In this document: piece by piece, positions 1-15,463 of the stretch
How positions within the stretch are numbered: the first letter of the stretch is position 1
Layout of the letters: every line of letters begins with the position of its first letter
Assembly (NCBI GenBank): GCA_965116905.1
Contig: OZ220732.1
Span: 3,232,001 to 3,296,000, forward strand
Length of the DNA stretch: 64,000 nucleotides
Reading direction: 5' to 3'
From: Longimicrobiales bacterium
GTDB lineage: Bacteria > Gemmatimonadota > Gemmatimonadetes > Longimicrobiales > Gaopeijiaceae
The notes under the pieces: model-generated
Told to the model about the DNA's origin: nothing
What the model saw: only the letters and a program-made list of their open reading frames with translations
Database searches by the model: none
Position numbers and translations under genes: made by a program

Positions 1-127
1 CCCCGCCGTGATCGCCACCGGAGCAGCGGGATGCGCGGCCATCGGCTCCATCATGGCGGCCAGGGACCCGGCCCGCGCCGTAGCGGGCTTCCTGCGGGCG
101 GCCGAGCGTGGCGCGCCCCGCCCCTGA
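1..127 (+). CDS. Thiamine-phosphate synthase-like protein, C-terminal fragment (5' end outside window)
   Basis: Frame 2 reads PAVIATGAAGCAAIGSIMAARDPARAVAGFLRAAERGAPRP*, which resembles the ThiE C-terminus (GADGVAVISAI...DP). TGA at 125-127. Confidence 0.55.
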   Translation, partial: PAVIATGAAGCAAIGSIMAARDPARAVAGFLRAAERGAPRP

Positions 128-177
128 GCCGTGCGCCCGCCGTTGGCCAGCGCTCCCGGCGCCTCCTCCCCCCGAAC

Positions 178-221
178 GCAAAACGCCCCATCCGGCGCTT
201 TCACGTCCGGACGGGGCGTTT
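178..221 (-). terminator. Intrinsic terminator downstream of 5S rRNA, possibly bidirectional
   Basis: Inverted repeat aaacgcccc...ggggcgttt. On the minus strand the stem is followed by UUUU. Confidence 0.7.
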
Positions 222-230
222 GGGTAAAAT

Positions 231-348
<118 letters not shown>

Positions 349-414
349 AAATGACAACAGGGAGGGAAGGAAAGCGCCTTTAGAACGTGCAGGAAATACG
401 GAAGAGGATGTGCT

Positions 415-3375
<2,961 letters not shown>

Positions 3376-3570
3376 AGCCCTCTTCTCAGGCCGAACGCGG
3401 ACACTCGTCAATCCGAATGCCGCGGTCCGGTTTCCATTCGCTTCGGGCCAGCCCACCACCGTATCGCCTTCCTACACGTACGCTCCTGTCGTCCGCTGGC
3501 CGGACACCCTGAACGGGATCGTCCAACCGGTGCGACCGGAGCGCCTAAGGCACTTTCCTTCCTCTACCCT

Positions 3571-3585
3571 GGTTTTCAAGAAACT
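3571..3585 (-). promoter_or_regulatory. boxA-like rRNA antitermination site in the 23S leader
   Basis: Minus strand reads AGTTTCTTGAAAACC, similar to rrn boxA, immediately before the leader arm of the processing stem. Confidence 0.6.
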
Positions 3586-3665
3586 CATGGTCCGCGCACG
3601 CTTTTCGCCAAGACGGGTCCGCGTTGGGACACGGGCGTTCATCGTCGCGTGACGGACAGCTTTGA

Positions 3666-3693
3666 AAGATAGTCAAACGACGGGGGAAGTCAA
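3666..3693 (-). promoter_or_regulatory. Sigma-70-type promoter for the 23S-5S unit
   Basis: TTGACT (3693-3688), 16-nt spacer, TATCTT (3671-3666). A 16-nt spacer is typical of rrn promoters. Confidence 0.65.
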
Positions 3694-3772
3694 CGACCCG
3701 TCTTGTCCAACGGCAAATGAGCCCGAACGGGGGCCGGTCTCCGACCGAAAACGGGCCGGGAGCGCTGGCCGA

Positions 3773-4591
3773 CTACATCCCTCCGGCGCCGAGAAAGGCA
3801 GCGACCTCGTCGGCGGTCACGAAGAAGTCGCCCAGCTTCTTCCCCCCCTCAGGGCCGTGCCAATCGGATCCTCCGGTCACGACCAGACCGTCCTCATCGG
3901 CCGCCTTCTCCAACTCGGCCACGCCCATGGTACGGTGAGTCGGCCGGTACACCTCGAGCCCCCGGAGACCGGCCCGCACCAGGCGCGGAAGGAGTCTCCG
4001 GAAGAGTTCGGCGGGCGGATGGGCCCATACCGGAAGGCCGCTGGCGCCCAGGATCAGGCGAATCGCCTCTTCCGGCGTCGTCACCAGGGTCGGGACGTAG
4101 GCGGGCCGGTCGTTGCCGATCAGCTCGGCGAAGGCCTGAGGCACGCTGCGGACATGACCGGCTCGCACCAGCGCTCGCGCCAGATGAGGGCGCGAATAGG
4201 CGACTTCGGCCGACCCCCGCTGTTCGTCGAGCTGCTCGCGGGAGACCCTGATTCCCTGACGCGAGAGTCGTTCGACCATCTCCAGCATGCGAGCGTCGCG
4301 CCGCTTGTGGGTCCGCCGCGTGTGCCGGGCGAACACATCGGACCCCGTGTCCACGAAGTAGCCCAGGATGTGGATGTCCGATCCGGCGAACGTGCTGCTC
4401 ATCTCGATGGCCGGAATGATGTGAATCCGCTTGCCCGCAGCCGCCCGGCGCGCGCGCTCGACGCCGGCGACCGTGTCGTGATCGGCGAGCGCGACAACGT
4501 CCAGCCCACCCGCGACCGCACGGTCGACGACTTCTTCCGGCGGCACGGTGCCGTCGGAGGCGGTCGAGTGCACGTGAAGGTCGAGCTTCAT
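3773..4591 (-). CDS. PHP-domain phosphoesterase (TrpH/YciV, RNase AM-like)
   Basis: Motifs DLHVHSTASDG, ALADHDT, IHILGY, AHP, GLEVY and GGSDWHG. Confidence 0.9.
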   Translation of the reverse strand: MKLDLHVHSTASDGTVPPEEVVDRAVAGGLDVVALADHDTVAGVERARRAAAGKRIHIIPAIEMSSTFAGSDIHILGYFVDTGSDVFARHTRRTHKRRDARMLEMVERLSRQGIRVSREQLDEQRGSAEVAYSRPHLARALVRAGHVRSVPQAFAELIGNDRPAYVPTLVTTPEEAIRLILGASGLPVWAHPPAELFRRLLPRLVRAGLRGLEVYRPTHRTMGVAELEKAADEDGLVVTGGSDWHGPEGGKKLGDFFVTADEVAAFLGAGGM

Positions 4592-4613
4592 GGAGCCCGT
4601 TGCCCGAAGGCGA

Positions 4614-4877
4614 CTATCCCGGCGAAACCTGGTCCGCGAGCACCGTCACGGCGTTGTCCTCCACCTTCATCACGCCGCCCGCGATCCTGAATTTGCGCGA
4701 GCTTCCGGACTCGGGTTCGACGGTCAGCGGCCCTTCCCCCATGAGCGTCAGGAAGGGTGCATGACCAGGCAGCACGCCGACCCATCCGTCCCACGCGGGC
4801 GCCACCAGCGACCGGGCGGACCCCTCGAAGACGACCTCTTCGGGCGTCACCACGCGCAATTGTATCGACTTCGCCAC
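4614..4877 (-). CDS. atpC: F1Fo ATP synthase epsilon subunit (beta-sandwich only, 87 aa)
   Basis: LRVVTPE, GVLPGHAP and GGVMKV motifs; directly downstream of atpD. Confidence 0.92.
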   Translation of the reverse strand: MAKSIQLRVVTPEEVVFEGSARSLVAPAWDGWVGVLPGHAPFLTLMGEGPLTVEPESGSSRKFRIAGGVMKVEDNAVTVLADQVSPG

Positions 4878-4878
4878 C

Positions 4879-6360
<1,482 letters not shown>

Positions 6361-6375
6361 TCACAAGAGTCATGT

Positions 6376-7242
6376 TCATTCGAGCGCCGCGGCACCACCC
6401 ACGATCTCGGCGATCTCCTGGGTGATCTGCCCCTGGCGTGCCCGGTTGTAGGTGCGGGTGAGGGTTTCGAGGATCTCGCCCGCGTTGTCGGTCGCGCTCT
6501 TCATGGCGGCGCGGCGCGCTCCCTGCTCTCCGGCGGCGTTCTCGACCAGCGCGCTGTACACCGTCATGCGCAGGTAGCTCGGCAGGAGTTGCCCGATGAG
6601 TCTCCCGGGGCGGGGTGACACGATGAAGCCGTCCACCGAGCGGGCGCCCGGGGTGGGCTCGACCGGGAGGATGCGTGCGATACGGGGCGGCGTGGACATG
6701 GCAGAGCGGAACTCGGCGCTGACCATGTAGACGGCGTCCAGTTCGCCCTCCTCGAAGCTGCTGCGGAGCGGCGCGACCAGCTCTTCGGCGTCCTCGGAGG
6801 TGGGAGCGTCGCCGATCTCGGTTGTCGCCGATGCGATGGCGGATCCCCGAAAACGGAAGAAGGCCAGTCCCTTCTTGCCCGCGATGTGCAGGTCGGTCTC
6901 CACGCCCGCAGCCTCGAGTTCCTCGAGCCGCCCGCGGGCTTCGCGGATGAGGTTGGCGTTGAAGGCGCCGCAGAAACCCCGGTTCGCGGTCAGGAGCAGC
7001 ACCGCGGCCCGCTTCGTTTCGGCGGGCTGGCGCAGCAGGGGGTGCTCCTGGGCCAACCCGGGCGCGTGCAGACTCCCCAGCAGATCGCGGAAGGCGTCGG
7101 CGTAGGGGCGCGCCGCCTGCATCCGGTCCATGGCGCGCTTCAGCTTCGAAGTCGCCACGAGCTCCATGGTGCGCGTGATCTTGCGGGTGTTGCGGACGGA
7201 CTTGATCCGCCGCATGACCTCGCGGGCGCCGGCCCCGGCCAC
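6376..7242 (-). CDS. atpG: F1Fo ATP synthase gamma subunit
   Basis: RIKSVRNTRKITRTMELV, RGFCGAFN and YNRARQGQITQEIAEIVGGA. Confidence 0.99.
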   Translation of the reverse strand: MAGAGAREVMRRIKSVRNTRKITRTMELVATSKLKRAMDRMQAARPYADAFRDLLGSLHAPGLAQEHPLLRQPAETKRAAVLLLTANRGFCGAFNANLIREARGRLEELEAAGVETDLHIAGKKGLAFFRFRGSAIASATTEIGDAPTSEDAEELVAPLRSSFEEGELDAVYMVSAEFRSAMSTPPRIARILPVEPTPGARSVDGFIVSPRPGRLIGQLLPSYLRMTVYSALVENAAGEQGARRAAMKSATDNAGEILETLTRTYNRARQGQITQEIAEIVGGAAALE

Positions 7243-7243
7243 G

Positions 7244-8806
<1,563 letters not shown>

Positions 8807-8832
8807 GTCTTCTCTTCTTCCCTTCTTTCCTA

Positions 8833-9079
8833 GAAGTCCGTGGATAAAGCCGCGCGAGCACCGAGAGCGGCGAGGCGCCGGGCTGGCAAGGCGCGACGAG
8901 GGGCCAATAGCGGCGCTATTGGGCTGAGGAGCAACGCAGAGCGTAGCCCTGGAGTGGCAAAATGTATAGTATACATGACATAACGTAATGTGTAGTTTAC
9001 AGCGTGGACAGATGAGGCGAAGCGATCAGATCGGATGCATCGCCGCTCGAATGCCGGGGGGATTTTGTCCACGGGCTTC
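8833..9079. mobile_element. MITE-like non-autonomous element between atpH and atpA
   Basis: 16-bp imperfect terminal inverted repeats: gaagtccgtggataaa (8833-8848) and tttgtccacgggcttc (9064-9079), 14/16 match. Internal palindromes at 8904-8922 and 8962-8976. No credible ORF. Confidence 0.5.
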
Positions 9080-9626
9080 ATGGTTGAAGCTCGGCGGCCA
9101 TAAGCCTGCGCCGCATGGCGTCGAGCTGCCGTTTCACGGATCCGTCGTACACGGTGTCGCCCTCGCGGATCACGATGCCCCCGAGGATCCCGGGCCGCAC
9201 CTTCACGTGCGGGATGACTGTCGCCCCCGTCGCCGACGAGAGCTTCGCCGCCAGGTCCTTCTCGTCGCCCGGCGAGAGCGGCCGCGCCACCATCACCTCC
9301 ATGTGGCGCCGTCCCAGGTGGCGCTCGAGCATATCCCGGTAGGCCGACGCGATACGCGGGAGCAGCCGCTGGCGCCCCTTGTCGACCACGACCTGCAGGA
9401 ACCGCAGCAGCATCGGGGGCACGACGCCTTCCAGCGCCCGCCCCAGCGCCGCCTTCTTGTCCCCCGCCGACACCCGCGGCGTAACGAGGAACTCCTGCAC
9501 GCCCCGGTCTTCCATCAGCGCGCCCACCGCACCCACGCCAGCGCCAAAGGCCTCTACGCCCTCGTGGCGGCCCGCCAGTTCGAAGAGCGTCTCCGCGTAG
9601 TTGCGCGCGACGGTGTCCTCTCTCAC
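9078..9626 (-). CDS. atpH: F1Fo ATP synthase delta subunit
   Basis: VARNYAETLF and ILGGIVIREGDTVYDGSV; expected position in the operon. Confidence 0.97.
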   Translation of the reverse strand: MREDTVARNYAETLFELAGRHEGVEAFGAGVGAVGALMEDRGVQEFLVTPRVSAGDKKAALGRALEGVVPPMLLRFLQVVVDKGRQRLLPRIASAYRDMLERHLGRRHMEVMVARPLSPGDEKDLAAKLSSATGATVIPHVKVRPGILGGIVIREGDTVYDGSVKRQLDAMRRRLMAAELQP

Positions 9627-10182
9627 GTCCAGGCGCCCCCGGAACCGGCGAGGTCGTCGATGTATTCCGTCACGAGTTTCCTGTCGCGCTCGCTGTCGAG
9701 TCGCTCGCCCAGCAGTCTGGAGGCGGCTGCGATCGCCACTTCCACGGCCTCTCGCCGCACCGTCTCGACCGCCGCGTCGCGTTCGCGCTCGATCTCGCGG
9801 CGCGCGTTGGCCAGGATCACGCGGCTCTCTTCCCGGGCCTTCTCCTCCAGCTCCCTGCGAAGCTCCTCGGCGGCCTCCCGGCTCTCGGCGACGAGCGCCT
9901 GAGCCTGTCGGCGGCCGTCGGCGAGCTGCTCCCGGTACTCCGCGATCAGCGCCTCCGCTTCCTCCCGCTGGCGCCTGGCCTCGTCAATGTCGCCCTGGAT
10001 GCCCTTTTCGCGGGCATCGAGGGAGGCCATCAGGGGCTTCCACGCGTACCGTGCCAGCACGGCCAGCAACGTCAGGAAGGTCAGGACGGTCCATACGGCC
10101 AACCCCGAATCGACCGCGAAGAGGGTGTCCCAGAGGGGGCCCTCCTCCTGCGCCAGGCCGGGGTAAGGTCCCGCGGGCACCA

Positions 10183-10183
<1 letters not shown>
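9623..10183 (-). CDS. atpF: F1Fo ATP synthase subunit b
   Basis: One TM helix, then AWKPLMASLDARE and a long charged coiled coil. Confidence 0.96.
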
Positions 10184-10491
<308 letters not shown>

Positions 10492-10497
10492 TCAGGG

Positions 10498-11418
10498 TCA
10501 GTGTTCATGCCGCATGAGGCCGATGAAGACGGCCGACAGCATGGCGAAGATGTACGCCTGGATGAAGGCGATCAGCAGCTCGAGGAGCAGGATCGCCGAC
10601 ACGAAGGCGAAGGATCCGGCCGCCACCGCCCACCGTACGAAGGCGATCTGGCCGAAGATGAAGATGAACCCGATCAGCGTGAAGATCATCATGTGGCCCG
10701 CGGTCATGTTCGCGAAGAGACGGACCGCGAGCGCGAAGGGTTTCGTGAATTTCCCCAGCAGTTCGACGGGAGTCATGATGGCGAGCATCAGGTACTTCAT
10801 CGCCCCGGTGGTTCCCGGCGGGGTGAAGAAGATCGTCTTCATGTAGCCGCGAAGACCGAGCGTGAGGAACCCGGAGATCTCGATCACGAGGAAGACGATC
10901 ACGGCCAGCGCCGCCGTGACCGCGAGGTTGCCGGTGGCCGAGCCTCCCCACGGCACCAGCCCGAGCAGGTTCATCGTCAGGATGAAGAAGAAGAGCGTGA
11001 GGATGAGGGGGACGAAGCGCTGGTATCCGTGCCCGATGTACTCCTTGCAGAGGTCGTCGCGGAGGAACACGACCACCGCTTCGATCGCGTTGGCCAGCCC
11101 CCTCGGGGCCCTCCCCGAGCCTTGCCGCGCGACGGTCCTGGCGGCGAACAGCGTCATGGCGGCCGTGATGACGGCGGCCAGAAGCAGCAGGACGACATGC
11201 TTGGTGAGCGACAGGTCGACCGTCACGCCGCCGATCTGGAATACGGCCCAGTCCCAGTGCTGGAAGTGGATGTAGCCGAGGAAGGGCAGCTCGTACTCGG
11301 GGGCGTTGAGGATGTGGTGCGCCAGCATTTCGCCGAGGTCGAAGGGGCCGCCGTGCCCCTCTGCGGCGGTCTCCTGCGCCACCGCGTGCTCCTGTGGAAA
11401 CGCGAACATCCCCGTCAT
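10498..11418 (-). CDS. atpB: F1Fo ATP synthase subunit a
   Basis: NLLGLVP, KPFALAVRLFANMTAGH, ELLIAFIQAYIF. ATG at 11418 overlaps the upstream stop (ATGA). Confidence 0.97.
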   Translation of the reverse strand: MTGMFAFPQEHAVAQETAAEGHGGPFDLGEMLAHHILNAPEYELPFLGYIHFQHWDWAVFQIGGVTVDLSLTKHVVLLLLAAVITAAMTLFAARTVARQGSGRAPRGLANAIEAVVVFLRDDLCKEYIGHGYQRFVPLILTLFFFILTMNLLGLVPWGGSATGNLAVTAALAVIVFLVIEISGFLTLGLRGYMKTIFFTPPGTTGAMKYLMLAIMTPVELLGKFTKPFALAVRLFANMTAGHMMIFTLIGFIFIFGQIAFVRWAVAAGSFAFVSAILLLELLIAFIQAYIFAMLSAVFIGLMRHEH

Positions 11419-11798
11419 CTCCCCGCCGTCGCCGACTCGCCCCGCAGCCGGCGCTGTTCGATGATCGACTCGGCGAACACCACCGTGAGCAGGAAGGCCC
11501 CGAGCGACAGCAGGAACGGGAGGGGCTCCGTCCGGCCCGGAACCACGAAGAACAGGATTCCCGCGCCGAGGACGAGGACCCGCAGCGCGAACCCGGTTCC
11601 GATCGCGGCCAGCAGCCGGTCGTTGCGCGTCCGCCATCCCCTGAGGAGCAGGTGCAGCGGGATCTGGGTCCCCAGCACGAGGACTGCCGCGCCCAGAACC
11701 GCGCGGCGCGCGCCATCGTGGAGGAATGGAAAGGCGACGCCAGCTCCGGCCGCTACCACCGCCACGAGGGCGACGATGAATTGAATCGACGGTTTCAC
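11415..11798 (-). CDS. AtpI-like membrane protein
   Basis: 127 aa with about 4 hydrophobic helices, directly upstream of atpB. Confidence 0.7.
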   Translation of the reverse strand: MKPSIQFIVALVAVVAAGAGVAFPFLHDGARRAVLGAAVLVLGTQIPLHLLLRGWRTRNDRLLAAIGTGFALRVLVLGAGILFFVVPGRTEPLPFLLSLGAFLLTVVFAESIIEQRRLRGESATAGR

Positions 11799-12070
11799 GG
11801 GTGATCTTCCCGGCGGCCGGGGGTGTCTCCTTTCCGCGCGGCCGGCTCGACGACGGCCCTCATGTAGAGCGTGATGAAGCCGGCCACGATTCCCAGCGCG
11901 GCTCCAAGGATCACCAGCAGCGGGCCCGTTCCCAGGCGTTCATCCAGCTCCGCGCCACCCCATCCCAGCAGCAGCGCGGCCAGCCCCCAGGCAATCCCGT
12001 ATCCGGAAAAGCGGCCGAAGTCGCGAAGGGCGGCGGACGACTGCCGCGACGGCTCTTCACCGTCCTTCAA
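11795..12070 (-). CDS. AtpZ/AtpI-family (ATPase gene 1) small membrane protein
   Basis: WGGAELDERLGTGPLLVILGAALG matches the G.wlD..fgt.P pattern. TTG start at 12070 follows an AGGAGG Shine-Dalgarno. Confidence 0.8.
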   Translation of the reverse strand: MKDGEEPSRQSSAALRDFGRFSGYGIAWGLAALLLGWGGAELDERLGTGPLLVILGAALGIVAGFITLYMRAVVEPAARKGDTPGRREDHP

Positions 12071-12147
12071 ACCGCCTCCTTCGGCTGCCCTGGAAGGACA
12101 ACGGGGATCCACCTCGAAACGGGCGCCGCAGGCGCGATGCCCAGCCA

Positions 12148-12178
12148 AAGCTAACGCTTGTGAAATTTTTCGCAAGCG
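12148..12178 (-). promoter_or_regulatory. atp operon promoter overlapped by a Rex-type operator
   Basis: -35 TTGCGA (12175-12170), 16-nt spacer, -10 TAGCTT (12153-12148). TTGTGAAATTTTTCGCAA at 12158-12175 has one mismatch to TTGTGAA-N4-TTCACAA. Confidence 0.65.
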
Positions 12179-12315
12179 CCCGGGGACACCGGCCCGACCC
12201 GCCCCGCGACGGCCGAAACGGCACCCCGCGGCGGACGTCATTTGAAGTTGCGGAGCATTTCGCCCATTATCGAAGGGACTGATCACATCGGAACCGCTCG
12301 CCGACAGGAGCAACG

Positions 12316-12987
12316 ATGTCACTGACCGTCGGAGACCAGGCGCCGGACTTCTCGGCAGAAACCAACGAAGGCACCATCGATTTCCACGAATGGATCGGCG
12401 ATGGCTGGGCCGTGCTTTTCTCGCACCCGAAGGATTTCACTCCGGTGTGCACCACCGAACTCGGCTACATGGCCAGCCTGAAGCCCGAGTTCGACCGGAG
12501 GAACTGCAAGATCATCGGACTGAGCGTGGACCCGCCGGACAGGCATCGGGCCTGGTCGGAGGACATCCGGGACGCCACGGGCCATGCGCCCAACTACCCG
12601 ATCATCGCCGACACCGAACTCAAGGTCGCGAAGCTCTACGGCATGCTCCCGGGGGACGCGGGCGACACCTGGGAGGACCGCACGCCGATGGACAACGCCA
12701 CCGTGCGCTCCGTGTTCGTGATCGGGCCCGACAAGCAGATCAAGCTGACCATCACGTATCCGATGAGTACCGGGCGCAACTTCGACGAGGTTCTGCGCGT
12801 GCTCGACTCGGTTCAGCTGACGGCCAGCCACAAGGTGGCGACGCCCGTCAACTGGAAGCGCGGAGACCGCGTGATCATCCTCCCGGCGGTATCCGACGAA
12901 GACGCCCGCAAGACCTACCCGGACGGCTGGGAGTCGCCCAAGCCCTATATCCGATACGTCGATCAGCCCACGGACTCCACGGACTAG
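12316..12987 (+). CDS. 1-Cys peroxiredoxin (Prx6 type)
   Basis: LFSHPKDFTPVCTTELG, YPMSTGRNFDE and ATPVNW. Confidence 0.96.
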   Translation: MSLTVGDQAPDFSAETNEGTIDFHEWIGDGWAVLFSHPKDFTPVCTTELGYMASLKPEFDRRNCKIIGLSVDPPDRHRAWSEDIRDATGHAPNYPIIADTELKVAKLYGMLPGDAGDTWEDRTPMDNATVRSVFVIGPDKQIKLTITYPMSTGRNFDEVLRVLDSVQLTASHKVATPVNWKRGDRVIILPAVSDEDARKTYPDGWESPKPYIRYVDQPTDSTD

Positions 12988-13062
12988 GTTGCCCCCGATT
13001 CTCGAGTCCCCAGGGCGGTTGATGCCCCTCACCAACCCGCCAAGCGCCCCCCGGGAGCGTCC

Positions 13063-14103
<1,041 letters not shown>

Positions 14104-14164
14104 AAGGCGCGTCACCCGACGACCAACCTCCAAGTCCTCCGACACCTGGGGGAGGCGCGCGCCG

Positions 14165-15403
14165 ATGACGGTCGCCCTCGCAGCCGCAGCGCTTCTTCTG
14201 CTGGCCATCGCCGGCGGCCTGACCGCTGCGCTCACGGCCGTGGTCCGGATCGACGACTCCAAGGCGCGCATCCTCGCCGGGGAGGGGTTCGCGGGTGCGG
14301 ACGCGCTGGCCTTTCTCAGGTCCGACGAGGCCGCTACCTCGCCCATCGCGGTCTTGCGCGCGATTTGCTACCTCGGGGCGACCGCGTCCGCAGTGGTGGC
14401 GGCGGTGGAGGTCTGGGGGGGACCGGGAATGTGGTTCGGGGGCCCGGCCGTCGTCCTCCTGGTCCTTCTGGCCGGAGAGCTGGCCCCCCGCGCGGTCGCG
14501 AGCCGGAGTCCGGTACGCGTGGCTCTGGCGGCCGCACCATTCCTTCTGGCCGCATCACGCTTCCTCGGGCGCGTATTCTACCCCCTGCTATGGCTGGGCC
14601 GTCTCCTTTCGCGACGGTCGAGCCGGGCCAACGCCTCGGCCGACGAGCTGCAGGTGCGCGAAGCGCTCGAGATCGGGGCCGGCGAAGGCGTGGTCGAGGC
14701 CGACGAACACCGCCTGGTGGAGAGGGCGTTCAAGCTCGACGAACTCAACGCCTGGGACGCCATGACGCCCCGCGTGGACATCGTGGCCCTTCCCGACGCG
14801 CGCCCGCTGGGCGACGTGATCGCCGAGCTGAAGGATCTTCCGCACTCCCGGCTCCCGGTATACGGCAAGAACGTCGACGACGTGACCGGCATCCTGCACG
14901 TCCGCGACGCCTATAGCGCGTACGTGGCCGGACAGCGCAAGGTGCCGCTTTCGCAGCTTGCCCGGGAACCGATGTTCGTGCCGGGGTCGCTCTCGCTGGC
15001 CAAACTCCTGGCCGACTTCCGCGCCAGGCGCATCCACATGGGCATCGTCGCGGACGAGTTCGGAGGTACCGACGGTCTGATCACGCTCGAGGACGTGCTC
15101 GAGGAGCTGGTGGGGGAGATCGTGGACGAGACGGATGTGGACGAGGATCCGCTCACGCCGGTCTCCGAGGGCGAGATCATCGCCTCCGGGGGTGCCGATT
15201 TGCGCGAGATCAACGAACGCTTCGACTTCGATCTGCCCGTGGGCGAGAACCGATCCCTCAACGGCTTCATCCTCGAGGAGCTCGGGCGGGTTCCCGAGGC
15301 CGGCGCTTCGCTCGAGGCGGGCGGGGTCCTGATCGAGGTCGTGACGGCGTCGGACACCCAGGTACTCAGGGCCCGGCTGCGGCGAAAAACGACGGACTCC
15401 TAG
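14165..15403 (+). CDS. HlyC/CorC (CNNM-CBS-CorC) membrane protein
   Basis: N-terminal TM helices with GELAP, then AMTPRVD, HSRLPVY and DEFGGTDGLITLEDVLEELVGEI. Confidence 0.93.
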   Translation: MTVALAAAALLLLAIAGGLTAALTAVVRIDDSKARILAGEGFAGADALAFLRSDEAATSPIAVLRAICYLGATASAVVAAVEVWGGPGMWFGGPAVVLLVLLAGELAPRAVASRSPVRVALAAAPFLLAASRFLGRVFYPLLWLGRLLSRRSSRANASADELQVREALEIGAGEGVVEADEHRLVERAFKLDELNAWDAMTPRVDIVALPDARPLGDVIAELKDLPHSRLPVYGKNVDDVTGILHVRDAYSAYVAGQRKVPLSQLAREPMFVPGSLSLAKLLADFRARRIHMGIVADEFGGTDGLITLEDVLEELVGEIVDETDVDEDPLTPVSEGEIIASGGADLREINERFDFDLPVGENRSLNGFILEELGRVPEAGASLEAGGVLIEVVTASDTQVLRARLRRKTTDS

Positions 15404-15463
15404 AGCCGATGGACTCCTAGAGCCGATGGACTGCTAGAGCCGATGGACTGCTAGAGCCGATGG
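15394..15463 (+). repeat. Four copies of a 17-bp tandem repeat spanning a stop-start gene junction
   Basis: ggact(c/g)ctagagccgat starting at 15394, 15411, 15428 and 15445. Confidence 0.95.

Noticed and set aside
3376..3660. tRNA-Ile or tRNA-Ala in the 23S leader
   Set aside because: No cloverleaf or T-loop with a matching acceptor stem was found.
8973..9000. dif site, given xerC in the window
   Set aside because: One arm resembles the XerD arm (acatgacataa), but there is no XerC arm at the 6-bp spacing.
8839..9073. oriC, suggested by DnaA-box-like 9-mers (cgtggataa, cgtggacag, ttgtccacg) around an AT-rich patch
   Set aside because: All are mismatched, two are simply the element's inverted ends, and no dnaA, dnaN or gidA is nearby. 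A genome-wide GC-skew analysis would settle it.
15394..15463. CRISPR array, also considered for the repeats at 22538, 26499 and 39692
   Set aside because: Units are short and directly adjacent or present in only two copies, with no series of unique spacers and no cas genes.
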